Shown here: one piece after another, positions 12,501 to 26,636 of the stretch
Layout: every line of letters begins with the position of its first letter
How positions within the stretch are numbered: position 1 is the stretch's first letter
NCBI RefSeq assembly: GCF_000181795.1
Contig: NW_003526940.1
Location: 1,396,242 to 1,460,241, forward strand
Source: Trichinella spiralis
Lineage: Eukaryota
Direction of reading: 5' to 3'
Length of the DNA stretch: 64,000 bases
Translations under genes and position numbers: made by a program
The notes under the pieces: model-generated
Told to the model about the DNA's origin: nothing
Database searches by the model: none
Seen by the model: the letters and a program-made list of their open reading frames with translations, nothing else

Positions 12501-14824
12501 AGTCACCGATTTCCAAAAATGACACTGCTAGCGCTAACTTCTGATTTGACAAATAAGAAGGCTATTTGGGAAACAAAAGAATAAATTAAACTTGAAATAA
12601 CTTTAACATATTGTATCACACAAATTTTGCAGTACTCATACTTTTTCCTCTGAAGTGTCTTCTACTTCAGCGGTTTCTTTCGGACCTCGAAGTGACAAAG
12701 TTAACAGCTTGCGTTGATCCGCTTCAGCTTTTTTCAGCGCTGTTTCTGCTTCTTGGATCATTTCGGCAGACGTTGGCGAAGTCTGTATGAATGTTTTTAA
12801 ATAAAATTTCAACAAATTTACATTCGATATAAACCTTAGTAAGCAGCATGTTTAAATCAAGAAAACCATAATGCACGAGATAGGCTATCATTTTGAAGAA
12901 GTTTTGCACTTTTGCCAGACGTTCTTCTTCGGACAGTTCAGCATTATGCGAATCAGCATCGTCAGTAGTGTTTTGCAAACAGTTCAATTCATAAGCAACT
13001 GGACAAGAAAATGCATCCTTTGCGGAAATATATTCTTTAAAAAGTGAAGCAAAATAACGATGCTTATCCAGCTTCGATTGGAAGCTTGTCATTAAAACCA
13101 CCAAAACACGGTTCGGATCCAAACAATACCTTCCTGTAGAAAAATAAAAGCATGATTAAGAAAATTATTCGACCCTATACAATCTGATTACCGATAATCC
13201 CGTAAATATCAGCCAATGTGCGTTCGACATTTTCCTCCTTGTTACAGCTGTTATAAATTAACTGAAATAATGTTACAAATCCTTCTGGTTGTTCATGCAG
13301 CATGTTGCATTTTTTCTGCTTAAAACTATAAGATAACCCAGCTGATAATTATAACATTGCCAATTTCCTCAACTACTTACAAAAGTTTTGTTTTTAATCG
13401 AACCATCCTCAATTCATAGGATTTATCATTAAGCGATTCCACGTTACGTTTTAAAATTTCTTCAGGAACAAGATGCTGAAAATAACATATATGCAAAACA
13501 TTTTTACCAATTCACGTAATTTCTACAAAGATTAGAAAAAGTAACAACAAATACTAACAACTTAAAACAAGTGACAAATTTATTTCAACATATTAGAATG
13601 ATGAGCTTATAACTGAGTTTTCCATTTATGTCTATTCTCCCAGTACACAGGCTAATTAATATAATAAGTCATTCTTCCAAATTTAAAAATTGATTGCTAT
13701 GAATGGAGGCGGGTTCTGCAGTTAATTTATTCAAGACATCAAAAACATCTCTAAATGTAACAAAAAAAGGAAATGCGTAATATATGAAAGTCAAGTTTTA
13801 GCTTATAAATATTAAATAAGACACAATATTTCTCCTGTTTCTATGATTCACAATTTTTAAAATCTGTTCGTAGTTGTAACAATTCTGTGCATAATGAGCA
13901 ATTATGAACTATGTAAAAATTCCAGAAATTCTCAAACCATAAGGAATTATATTTTACCAAAGTTACTGATTTACTTAAAACTAAAATAAGAAATTGTGTA
14001 AGCAAAAAATCCAAAAAAAGTATAGACAATTGGAAATACTAAACATATTAAAAATTACAAATACTAGGATTCTATGCGAAATTATAAAAAAGCAATAACA
14101 AGAATGGTGCGACTTGTTATAATTAAAATAATGTAATAAATTTATATAAGTCTGTAAAAAATTAATAGCAAGTTTACCCCTGAACATTTTGCACACAATT
14201 CGTAAAAGCGCTTCTTTATTTCTGGATTTTTCTTCGACATCTGCTCATAATCCAGTACAGCTAGAGTGTCGATAAGGCAACTTCTTTGTCTATGAGTATT
14301 AATTACCTAAAAAGTAAATATTTCTTAATGCATAAAGTAAACCACAAATATTGCTTCACTTATATACATATACAATAAAACAGCCCAAAAATTAAAAATT
14401 TTTATTGATAACACTGGCTCAAAATTCTTTTTAAATTTTCATGAATCATAAAATTAAAAGTTCACATAAAAGACAATAATCTAACAGTAAAAACAAGTCA
14501 AAATATTATATCGAAACAAATAATATGAACATAGAATACTTAAAAATTATAAATTTACAACTTAAATCATTCAGGTTAAATGCAAAAAACTTGTTTTCTC
14601 ATTTATCTTAAAATAGTATCATGAACAATAAGAACTGAATTCACAGTACTACAAAATAATGCACACTTTATTGTAGTTGCTCTTTAAAACAAATTATATA
14701 CAGATATAACATAATCAAAACAACCATATTACCTTTGATAAACTTTCAAAACCATCTTCAACTGATGTTATACCATTTATAACACTTTTACAAATAACAT
14801 AAAGTTCTCCAATTTGTTTGTTAA
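6531..14824 (-). CDS. THOC2: THO complex subunit 2 (more than 20 exons; true start exon upstream of 14824 not located)
   Basis: Exons encode RLKTKLF|FKQKKCNML, GRYCLDPNRVL, NQKLALAVSFLEIGDW, LPSLSMLRWNCSLSEDLWLLLSQFPYTLRYRFYSEWK, MK|RLSKDTTKQTGRMIGKLSHSYP...[79 protein letters not shown] and IRNILLILMKILPYFP, all diagnostic of THOC2. The last exon ends ...HRSSRRR* at 6531. Confidence 0.95.
7787..7821 (-). repeat. (ACC)n coding microsatellite giving a poly-Thr tract in the THOC2 C-terminal tail
   Basis: gtggtggtggtggtagtggtggtggtggtggtggt on the + strand; translates as a Thr run in ORF 7543..8181(-). Confidence 0.9.
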
Positions 14825-16579
14825 CTGAAAGCAAAACGAATAAAAATGCGGAATGTATAATTGTAAAAATGTTTGTTACTTGACATTTGTATTTTCAGAA
14901 ATATCTTTATATATATACGCCAAATCACTCTCCAACTAATATATAAATTTGAAAAAACTCAACAATATTTTTATTGGAAACTATTTTCACAAATTGTCAA
15001 GGAATACTGTAATGTAAGTGATACAAAAGTAATAAAATTATTATTCACATTTAAACAAATAGTTTTAAAGCAATGTCAATATATTTTTTATAATTAATTT
15101 CATAAGTGTATGTTATGTAAATTAAATAAAATTTGTCAAGAGATACTATGAAATTTACAGTATATAAAATTTTATGCTTTGTGCGAATAAATTTCCAACT
15201 GAACTACTGCGATTTAAATTCAGGTCTCTGACAGGTTGATTTTCATTTTCTCTTCATAAACCTCAAAACTGCTTTACATTTATCATTTTTAGTGTAACGT
15301 TTGTTTATGTGAGTTTTCTGTGAAATTTATTTCTTACTGACTACAGTACACTATAAGAATAGAAAATAAACTAGGCGTTTGTTAGTCTCTATATATAAAT
15401 AACATGAAAAATTATAATGTTGATATTATAAAATTTGTTTTTATTGTGTATAGCGTTACTGTTTAATTAAGTATTGTGATTTACACTTGCTGATCAAATG
15501 TAATATTTTGTAGAAAGAACCATGATATTTTTGTCTTTTGTCGGACATGCTCTACTTTGTTTGCTTTCGTTTTGTCCTGTGTATTTTCATACTTTTTATT
15601 GTTATATATTTTGTCCTGCGTTGTTTTATATATTGAGAAGGGTGATTCCAGTTTTTTTATCAGCTTTTGATCCCGACAAGCATTTCCTGAAATTGGCTGT
15701 GAAATTTATGATACTTAGGTCGCTTTCAATAAATAATTTTATAAGCTAGAGCCGTAATATTACGGTATTTAATTTAATATTTCAAAAGTTCATTTGTTTC
15801 ATCGGTTCTCCTATGAGGAGAAAATTATTGACTTGAAAACTTTAAAATAGTGTGCATTTCATTAAGTTAAATTACTGTTCACATTAATAAAGTTGTCAAA
15901 TGATTCATATTTCAAATGCATTCACAGACAGGAAATTGATGTTTTAAACATTTCCTATTATTCTTTGTATAGTGGCATATTTAAATTTTTCTTCATTTAA
16001 CGAGATTCATAAAACTTAAAAAAATGTGCAAGTGATTAAATAAACGATAATCAGTCCTTTAGCATAGAAGGAAAATCCATAGACCGCCAGATAAACAAAT
16101 GCCAAATGGCAGAATGGCAACAGTGAAGCAATGCAAAAAAAGTCAAACAGTTACACCACAACTGTTCATTGGCAATTACTTGTACGCAGCTCTATCTGTA
16201 CCATTTAAAAATATTGAGATTATGAAAAGCATAATTTTATTAAATTATTTATTTTTTATATATTTACTGGACTTTTCTTATTTCTTTTATATCTAGTGGA
16301 GTTACTGAACTTAAATTTCTTTTACTGTAATTTCAATATCAGCATAATTTCAATATGAAGTGATGTCATATATTGGAAACTTTGTATTTTGCAATCAATT
16401 TTCTTAATCATCATTGAATAATAACTTCGAATTTTTCATTTTTGAAAATTTATTTCAAAATGGTAATTATCGTATTTTAAACTGCAGCTTCAGTAGTTGT
16501 ATAAACACAAGGTAGAAAATTGATTTCCTCCCTATTGAAAAATACTTTTAGCAATATACGAATGATATATTCTTTAGCA

Positions 16580-18087
16580 ATGGGAAAATCCAAAAACAAA
16601 TATAAGCATTTGGCAGGCTTGGACAAAGGTACAAAGCTGTTGCTACAGACAGGTGTTTTGAAAGAAAGGCCTCCAGGAATTCCTTTTCCTGTTCGTGGTA
16701 AGAAAAATAATTCGAAAAGAAATTTGCGTAAACAGAAAGCTGAAACTGTTGATTGTACAGAAGAAATTCCAAATAAAACGAATGTGAACAGTGTTGTTTT
16801 GCAGAAAAACGGTAAATATAACAGATATAGTAGTATTTTTATTTAAATATATTTACACCTTTATTTAAGACGGGAAACAGGATTTTTTGAATGCGATTAA
16901 TCAAAAAAATTGTGATGAAATTTCTATGCCATCAAGTGAAACATCAACCACTTCGTTGAAAGTTGAACGAAATAATAATAATAAATTAACTAATGATGGT
17001 GTGAAAAGTGAAGACGATTATCTATCACCAATTGTGAAGCAGAACAATAGCTTTGATTCTTCGAGCCAACTTAGCAATGCTAATAGAAGCGGCAGTTGTG
17101 AAATCCAGATTTCAGTGAATTCTAAAGCAAGAAAACAGCAAAGAAAATTAGATTTGAAAACTCGTTTGTGTTCAAAGTTACAAGGCAGTTATTTTCGTTG
17201 GATTAACGAAATGTTGTATACTTCCAGTAGTGAAGAGGTAGCTAAGCTGTTTTCTGAAGATCCGCATAGTTTTGCCAAATACCACGAAGGCTATGAATTG
17301 CAAGTTTCTAAATGGCCAGTAAATCCACTTGACATGCTTGTTAATTGGTTTCAGAAAAAGTATATTATCATTTTATTTCTTAATTTGAATATTTTCAAAG
17401 AACCGTGAATTATTTTAGACCAAAAACTTGGATAGTTTCCGATATGGGATGTGGAAATGCTAAGCTTCAATCTCTTATTAAACAGAAAGTTTATTCTTTT
17501 GATTTTGTTGCACTGAATCCAAACGTCATAGCTTGCGACATGTCCCACGTGAGAACATTGCTTACCTCATTCAGTTTTGTTAATCTCAAAATTTTTAAAA
17601 TATGATTGATTTGATATAAATGATTTTCCATTTTTACTTCAATTTATTATTATTTTGATTAGGTTCCACTTGCTGATGAAAATGTGGACGTTTGTATTTT
17701 TTCATTGTCGTTGATGGGAAGCAACATTGCTGATTATATATTGGAATCAAACAGAATTCTACGAATCAAGTAATTTGACAGAATAAAGCATTTTGAATTT
17801 CATAATTTTCGTAATTTTAGCGGTATTTTGATCATCATTGAAATTCTTAGTCGTTTTCAGTCGCTCCGAAAATTTCGTAAGGCAGTTGAAAATTTTGGTT
17901 TTGAATTTAAACAACAAGTATGTTTTTTACATAAATGGGTACAAAACAGAGTTTCACTATCAGTACTTTTCTTTAGAACTTGATAAAAAATTATTTTATC
18001 TGGTTCAAATTTGTGAAAAAAGGAGGACCACAGAAAACAAGGTTGCAAAGTTTTTGTTTGAAACCATGTCTTTACAAAAGACGTTGA
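16580..18087 (+). CDS. RRP8: Ribosomal RNA-processing protein 8 (nucleomethylin, rRNA m1A methyltransferase); about 6 exons
   Basis: Motifs [36 protein letters not shown]-binding [17 protein letters not shown]...[27 protein letters not shown] and terminal LKPCLYKRR* (TGA 18085-18087). The ATG at 16580 follows a tctttag acceptor-like site. Confidence 0.95.
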
Positions 18088-20320
18088 ATTTTGGTAATTC
18101 TCAATTGCATACAATTCGATTCTGCTGTGCAAATTAGTGTCAGATATATTCAGTACTTAATAAATGATAATGAAACAATGTTAATTTCTGTTCCTAATTA
18201 TATGAATATGTAATAAACAGTTGCTGCTAGAAGTAACATATTAAGTACGGAACATATAACGCTGGATTATTTTTCAATTCAGTTTATTTTATACAGTATA
18301 TTTTATAATACATAACAGCATTCCAGTTAAATAAATATGGATAAGGCGTTAACAATAATAGTAGTACAATGATGCGTAATTTATATTATTTTCAGGTGCA
18401 TATATATACATTGCTGATTTTGCGACGAAGTTCAACTTTTTAGTGAATTAACTATAAACATTAGGAGCACGTCTTTACCTTAATACGAATTAAAATAAAA
18501 GAGTAAATATTTCGCAGTCGATCAAATAAAAATATATACCAAATGTGAATAATAATTTGATCTAATAAGTAAATATTTGTGAGCCTCATCACAGCAGTGT
18601 GTGGCAGACAACAAAAAATGATAAATTCATTTAGTTGTTTAATAATATTTTTGACAAGAGATTATGTTCAAGAGTTTGTTTATATATGACTTCTTTGTAT
18701 ATTAATAAATTTTTAACCTCTTATTTCTAATAACAACTATTTAAATGATATTTTTTCATTTATCTTTATGAAAACTAATGTTTTACATAATACGCTCAAG
18801 TAAATTTTCCATTTTCATTTCAAATAAATATTCCTTCTTCCAATATTTTGTTTCATACAGCTGCACATATTTCTTGCTCATTATTGTTAGCTTGAAATTA
18901 GCGTCGACTCAGTTTTCATTTCAGCATAATTTGCTGGAGCTCTTAATGCATTATTTGACTAATTAAACAGATTAAACATACTTTTTCTAACATCATTTAC
19001 AGCATTTTCAATTTATGAATTTGCAATCAATTGATATAACATATGAATAATGTGAAATTATCATTCAAAAGTGACTGGTAGAGCAAATGTACAAATATTA
19101 CAATGCAATAAAAAAAGCTAAACGATTATTACTTAGCTCATCAGCTTCTGAGTTAAACGCAGTGGTCCCAATAAAAGAAAAGTAAATAAGAGCAGTATAA
19201 TATTTTAAATCTTTTCTCTATTTAACTTCTTTCATGAGCGCAGGTTTTTGAATTTAATGATATACAACAGTGAACAACACATTTACAGAATTTTATAGAA
19301 ATTTTTTTTCAACAAACCTATAATTGAAATCCTTGTGCAAGGTAAGTTGCTTTAATTTCATTGTCAGTAGACTACTTCCTCTGATCATATATATACTATG
19401 ATTGACAAATATGATCACTTTTCAAATGGATTAAGTAATTTAATATTTTACAAATTTTATGCTTAATTACTGTTTATGATTTATTTTTGATAATGGCACT
19501 ACCAAATTTAAAATTGCAAATCAAAATTTAGGACGTTCACGTTAAAAACTTCTCACAAAATAAGCACAAATTTTTGATAACGCAACAAATGTATTTTTGC
19601 TTATTTTTATTCTCATTTTTGTTTAATTATTTTGATCGATTTATTTAGAGTTATTTATTTGAATTGAATAACACTCACTCAGATATTCTAAATTTTCAGC
19701 AATACCTGCACTGTATGTCACAACCAACAGCACTTTGCTACGATTTATTTGTACCAACGGCGGTTTCATTTTGATTTCCACACAGCAAGGAATAAAATGT
19801 TTACACATCAAAATTTTTCTATCAGAACGGTAATTCAATAAAAAATGAATATATCTGCAGTTTTCATTCAACAACCTTGCAATTTTACAATGCAATTATT
19901 TAATTTTTGAATAAATATACCTACCAATAACTTTTGAACTTAAAATAACTCTTTCTATGCATACTCATAAAATGTCATAAATAACACAAAAAAAATTCCT
20001 GTAATAAAAATAAAAGCGAAATGAATAAGAATTACATTATATATAATAAAAGTATCTTAAGTAATACATATTAAATTATCATTATTCAATTCAACAAAAT
20101 TATATAATTATTATTTTATTTTTATTGTTATTATTAAATAATTTCAAAAATTAAATAAATAAACTGCCTATTGTTAGCACAAAATTTTAATAAAACATTA
20201 AATTTCAAAAATTTGTTCAATTAATGAATTTTCTATAAACAGTGATCCATGGAATAAATATTTGTGAAGCCAAATAGCATACTTAGAATTATGTTCGCAG
20301 TTTAATCAGCGACGCAATAA

Positions 20321-22580
20321 ATGATGCTTGCATTTTTTAATGTGCTACTTCTTTTCATTAATTTAACGTATTCTCAAACTACAAAATGTCAGAATAAAGT
20401 TGGCGGTGCTACAGCAGACTGGTAAGGTTTCAAAGAGGCCTTGAAAGCGTCAAAGTGTCTTATATATATGTATCTGAATATCTTATAATATGAAAGCAAA
20501 TTTTTTGTATATTGTTCCGTCATTCACTAACAGAAAATAATAATGTCGCACATTATGTATATATATATATTTATTTATAGATATTTATTTAAATTTATAT
20601 CTATATTTATTTACATTCATTTAATTTAAATTTGCAACGAACATCGATGAATTCAACACTATGTAAGGTCCCCAAAGAACCTTTTACTTTTACCTTTTAC
20701 TATTGCGCATTAAAGAACACTATATAATAAAACATAATTTATTCTTGATAAAGAAGATCATAAATAATGAAAATTATTCAAAAAAACTTCTGATAAATAA
20801 ATTCAAAGTATAATGAATTTAGGGCCATAGTATACAAAGCACCTGGGGAAGCTAACGGCAAAATTATCGAAGCAACTGCTGCAGCAGCCTGGGATAACGG
20901 AGCACAAGCATTAAGCAGAGATAACGGGCATTCATTTGCAACGGCACTACAGAATGTTGCGAGAGATAATCCTAATGTAAAATTTCTTGCGTACAACAAT
21001 GCGCCACCAGGTGTTTTGAGTATAAAAACCAAATCGAACAGCAAAGGTTATTTAATATAATTTTAATAATTTAAGAAATCTTTTACAGCATATGAAGATT
21101 CTTTAAATGTTGCATTCATATTTCAGGTGTAATAATACTGGCCACCAATGCAGATTCTGCAGCGTGGATTGTACATACCGTACCTGGATTTCCAGCCGCA
21201 AAAACAGGCTACAGTTGGCCAGTAGCCGAGAACGCCAGAGGACATTTATTAATTTGTCTAACAATCTCAGAATCGCAAATAAATGCTATCGGTTTGTATT
21301 TTCATTACTCAGAAAATACATTGATATGAAAAACTTTCCGTTTTCAAACTTAGCATTAAAGAAGAAGATTAAACATTTAATATAGGAATATCATTTCTGT
21401 TAATAAAAATAATCTGATTTGGGAAATGAGCATCATGAACTCATCTAATTTCAAATAACATAATCATTTTTACAAATCTGTGAAAATATTTTTATTGCTA
21501 TAGATAATAATTTTATTTTCACAAAATCTCATGGTAGAGCTATATAAAACTAATTGCCATTTTTCATTTTTGAAACTGTAGTTCTCGTCCATTAATACTG
21601 CTATGATTAGTAATTTTCTTTCTGTTGACTCTTATTTCTTTAGCTGCATCATTACTACTTGTTCAACCAGTTATATATTATAACGATATTCCTCAGACAG
21701 AAACTGCAGGAATGCCGTACTTCAATAAATTGGCAGATGGAAAAATTTCTACTCTTCCCCCATTCACATCAAGACAAACAATCCGCACTCAAGATCCTAA
21801 TCCTGTGACAGTTCACATTTACAGTAAATCAGAGTCATCTAAATATGGTGAGAATGAACTGTGTTTCAATTATTCTTATAGAAAATTGTAATCAAAAGTT
21901 TTTAAAATATATTTATGGTGAAAAAGAATAATCTACTATCAATTTTATTAGTTCAACAATGAATAGTCAATAAAATTTTCAGTTTTGTTCATCATGTGTA
22001 AAATGAATAGCGTTAAATGCTGTAATTTTTGCAATGCTCAAAATAAGCTTTACTAACATTTCCAAAATTTTTAAATGCTATAATTTACATTCGAAATATC
22101 TTAAACAAAATAGGAGCTTCATTAACTTGGAATATAATCATATAAAATTTCGTTTATGTAGTTAATTATGATTAATTATCGTGAATTTTTAGAAATTTAC
22201 AAAAAAGTGATTGTAAAAGTTCTGAAAAAAACGATCAAGGTGTGGTCAAGAAGAGACAGCATACTGAAAGGGGATTGCAGAGGTTTGCAAAGGCATATTC
22301 GTTTAATCAAAAGTCCAGCTGTTGTTGTTGATCATAACACCAATCTCGAAGCAGATATTACAAACTGGGCAGTTTCAGATCCTGGAAATATATTTTGTCA
22401 TATTGACAAGCCATATTTTGTAAGTTTATATGCATTAGATATCATTTCAATTTTTCAATTTTTTCTATAATTTAGAAAAATCAAACCAGAGAACCAGCGA
22501 TGGCAGTTTGCATTGACAATATTAATATATTTGCTCGATTTGATGCAATCGCTGCTCAACTCGAAGATTGTCCAAAATAA
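20321..22580 (+). CDS. DNASE2: Secreted DNase II-family (plancitoxin-1-like) protein, copy A, 341 aa
   Basis: Exons 20321-20421, 20823-21046, 21127-21291, 21644-21847, 22193-22419 and 22476-22580 total 1026 nt in frame. Signal peptide MMLAFFNVLLLFINLTYS; DNase II motifs DWAIVYKAP, YNNAPP, SKGV, WIVHTVPGFP, GHLLICL, WAVS. Confidence 0.92.
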
Positions 22581-23401
22581 AATCCTGTTGCATACCTTGT
22601 AATTTTTTGTTTAGGATAAAAAATGTTGACGCTCTTGATGTTTGCGCGCTTGATTGTCGAAATAATTATTTTTTATTTTTTGTGAAAAAAATTAATTTTC
22701 CTTTCATGTTCTTTCTTTCTTGCTTTCCTTTTTCAAAAAGTAAATTGTACATGCAATGAGCATGATTCTTCCCTTTTTTCTATAGCAGCTGTTTCTCAGA
22801 TTTGAGTTTACCGCCTGATTATAAAATAAATGTTTAGTAAATTTTAAGAAATTTAATTTTGCTGACCTTCCGTCAAACCTGTGGGACTTAATTGTTATTT
22901 AAATGAAGCATAAATACCATACTAAATAAATATTTGCATGCTTTTTATCCATAAAATTCATTATTGTTTTTGGAATTTGGATGTTTTCACAAATACTTTT
23001 GCAATTATAGTTTTATTGATTCAAGCATTTATTTATTGTTGTTATTATTCATAGTTGTATTGGTGATATCGTTGTTTCTCATTGTTTGTTCAGAATATTA
23101 ATTATACGTTGTGCGAGCTGCAGCTAATTATTTTTGTTGAATTTGATTGAAAAACAACACACTAAAATTTTGTTTTGTGAAAAACATCTCTCTTTAATTT
23201 ATAATGGGAACATTTTATGTAAATTTTTTGTAAAAGTAGGAAAGCTATGATAAGCAGATATTTCTTTTAGTTAATTAATTTCTTACAAATGTCATCAGCT
23301 AAAGCGAAATGAGTAAATTAGTATGTTAGAAGCGCGAGGCAGAAAAACGTTTTGCATTTGCATATAAAGTATTCCATTTATCAATGGGCAATTGTACAAG
23401 T

Positions 23402-24128
23402 CAGTGGCTCTCAAAGTGTGAGTCACGATCAGTTTTTGGGCAAGTCGTGTAAAATATTAAGTACGTGAGTAGTATTTATTTTTGTTAGGAGAATTTTACT
23501 CATCAATAATTGTTGAGTGAACAACTAAACTGTCATTTTGTTACTGATGACCTGAAAATCACTATTTCTCTCCGGCTTCTCACAGCACGCAGATTTTACC
23601 GTACCGGTATATCCACAAATGTAGATGGAGAATTAATCGATTTGTCCAAAGATTCTTTGTTTAAAGTCAGTTTTGATCGTAAAACATTAACACAGTTTTG
23701 CCTATCAGTTTAAAACACATATCCAGCTCTTTCCACAGCCGCATTAAAAGTGCTGCTTCATTTTACAATTTTCTGCTTATGTGAAATTGGATTTTCAGCA
23801 ATGAATGGAATTAAAAGCAAATTTAGAAATAAGCTAAAATTATCCAACATCTTGCGACTAACACTAACATGTTTTAGTGTGGATGTCGAAGAAGTCAGCA
23901 GTCAAAACAGAAAACATGACCACTGTTTGCATACAGCTCCTTATGCATTTGACAAATGAATTTATACATTATAATTAGGCGTATTCATTAAAAAATTTAA
24001 GGTATGAAACTAGTATTTTTATATTTCACCCCTCTTGCCTTTTAAAATATGCAATGCAAGCAGGTGGGTGGCGAAAAATTACCGTTTTCGAAAGTGGGTC
24101 GCAGCTCAAAAAAGTTTTAGAACCACTG
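23402..24128 (+). mobile_element. Non-autonomous hAT (Buster/Charlie-type) DNA transposon, about 727 bp
   Basis: TIRs CAGTGGCTCTCAAA / TTTTAGAACCACTG. 8-bp TSD GTACAAGT (23394-23401) / GTATAAGT (24129-24136). Internal hATC dimerisation remnant YPALSTAALKVLLHFTIFCLCEIGFSAMNGIKSKFRNKL. Confidence 0.88.
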
Positions 24129-24431
24129 GTATAAGTGATATATATATATATGTACGTATGTATGTATATGTATATGTAATATAAATTATGAATAATAAGA
24201 AGTGAAACTACATAAATAAGAATAACGTTGCTTAAAATAAAATTAAATATAATTCAAATAAAATGGTGATTAAACTGCTTACTTTTATTTCTACATTGAG
24301 CAAAATTTAAATTAACAACATTGGTGAATTTTCTGCAAATATTATTCAGTTTGTTCAATGTGATAAACATTTACTATCCTAAGGGGCGTGATATAAATTC
24401 TAGTATAAATTTGTTCAACTACGAAGAAAAG

Positions 24432-26636
24432 ATGTTAAAATTTTCCGAGCTGTTTGCACTGTTTTTTGTCGTAAGATTATCACATTCTCAAACTTCAACA
24501 TGTCAGAATAAACAAGGTAATGCTGCAGCAGATTGGTAAGTTTTGAAAAAATTTCTGGCAGAAGAAGAATATTTTATGCAATTGTTTATAATATGTTATA
24601 GAACAAAAACGTACATATGCTACTTAAAAATGAAAAATAATAATACTACATATCTCATTACCATGCATAATCATTTCTATGATTTTATTCATTTAAGAAA
24701 TGCAATTTTCTTATTGTTAGTGACTGTATATAAGTGCTTCTACTTCAAATTATTTATCAGTATTTTGTACTTACAAAATTATGTAATAAAACACTATTTT
24801 TCTGGATATATAAGTTTCACAATAATGAAAATCATTGATAGATATTAAAAAAATGAATTATGAAGTGACGAGTAAAAATTTAGGGCTATAGTATACAAAG
24901 CACCTGGTCAAAATACCGGCAAAATTATTTTTGCAACTGCAGCAGGAGCATGGGATGACGGAGCACAACCATTAAGCAACGTTAACCAGCATTCATTTGC
25001 AAAAGCATTAGAACATGTCGTAGCAGACAATAATAATATAAAATTTCTTGCTTACAACAATGCGCCACCTGGTGTTCCCAGTGTAAAAACCAAATCAAAC
25101 AGCAAAGGTTATTCAATATTATTTAAATAATTTTAGAAATCTTTTACAGTATATCAAGATCCGTTTATTAATGTATTCATATTGCAGGTGTAATGATACT
25201 GTCTACTGCTGCCAATTCCGCAGCGTGGATTGTACATACCGTACCAGGATTTCCAACAGCAAAAACCCCTTACAGTTGGCCCGTAGCTGAGAACGCCAGA
25301 GGACATTTACTGATTTGTCTAACTATATCTAAATCTCAAATAAATGCCATCGGTTTGTATTTCGATAACTAAGTGATTATATTTGATTTCAGGTAGTTCC
25401 AGATTTCACAAGATTTAAAGATGTGACAAAATTAATGATTCTATAAAAGAATGTAATTGCTTCCTGCAAATAAGATAAAGTGTAGAAACTGTATACAATA
25501 ATTCATGTAAATTATTGCTGAAGTAATATCTTTTGGATAATAGTACATTAACTACTATATGAAAGTAAATTAAATTTTAAGAAAACTTTCAATAGTGAAG
25601 CTCTATAAGGCAAACTTTTGTTTTCCCCAGTATAATGTCTCTGTCGTTTAATAATGGAGTTGCCTAAAATTTTCTGTTTGTTCAGTATTATTTTTTAGCT
25701 GCATCATTGCTACTCGTTCAACCTATGGTACATTACAATGATATCCCTGAAACAGAGACTGCAGGAATGCCATACTTCAATAAGCTGGCAGGAGGAAAAA
25801 TTCCTACTCTGCCGCCATTTACATCAAGGCGATCCATTCGTACAGAAAATGCAGGAGGTCCTGTAGCAGTTCATATTTATAGCAAATCAGAGTCTTCAAA
25901 ATACGGTGAGCATAAATAATAAATGTTGAAGGTTTTGACACATATTAAATTTTATGTATGCATTTTATATGTTATAAAGTGAAAGAGTAAATTAGAATGT
26001 ACAAGTGAGTGGTACAACAATGAAAAGATAATAAAATTTTTAGCTGTCACTTTTTTTGTATAAATGCAGATAAACAGTGATATGATATTTAATACCTTCC
26101 CTGAAGTTTAAAATAAGCTACACAAATTGAAATTTTAAATGCTAAAATGTAATTTGTTCTGAACAGAATACAAACTGCATTGCTTAGAAAAATAATTACA
26201 TGAAGTATACTTTCTGAAAATAATCACGATTAATTAAAGTGAATGCTTAGAAATTTACAAAAAAGTGATTGCAAAAGTTTTGAAAAAAACGATCAAGGTA
26301 TGGTCAAGAAGAGACAATATTCTGAAAGGGGATTGCAGAGGTTCGCAAAGGCACATTCGTTTAATTAAAAGTCCAGCTGCCATTAACGGTCATAACACCA
26401 ATCTTGAAGCAGATATTACAAACTGGGCTATTTCTGATCCTGGAAATATATTTTGTCATATTGACAAACCATATTTTGTTAGTTTATTTGCATTTGGCTA
26501 TATTTCACTTTTCACTTTTTGAATAATTTAGAAAAATCAAACCAGAGAACCAGCAATGGCAATTTGTATTGAAAATAATGAAATTTTTGCTAGATTTAAT
26601 GAAATTGCTGCGCAAGTTGAAGATTGTCCACAATGA
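24432..26636 (+). CDS. DNASE2: Secreted DNase II-family protein, copy B
   Basis: Exon 1 reads MLKFSELFALFFVVRLSHSQTSTCQNKQGNAAADW. Same six-exon structure as A (exon 2 ~24884-25107, exon 3 ~25188-25352, exon 4 ~25699-25905, exon 5 ~26251-26477). Ends QVEDCPQ* at 26636. Confidence 0.9.

Noticed and set aside
20778..21044. Recurrent minus-strand ORF MLFDLVF..TPGGALLYARNF (also 35363-35602 and 43152-43385)
   Set aside because: Exact antisense of DNase II exon 2; its recurrence is explained by the sense-strand duplication.
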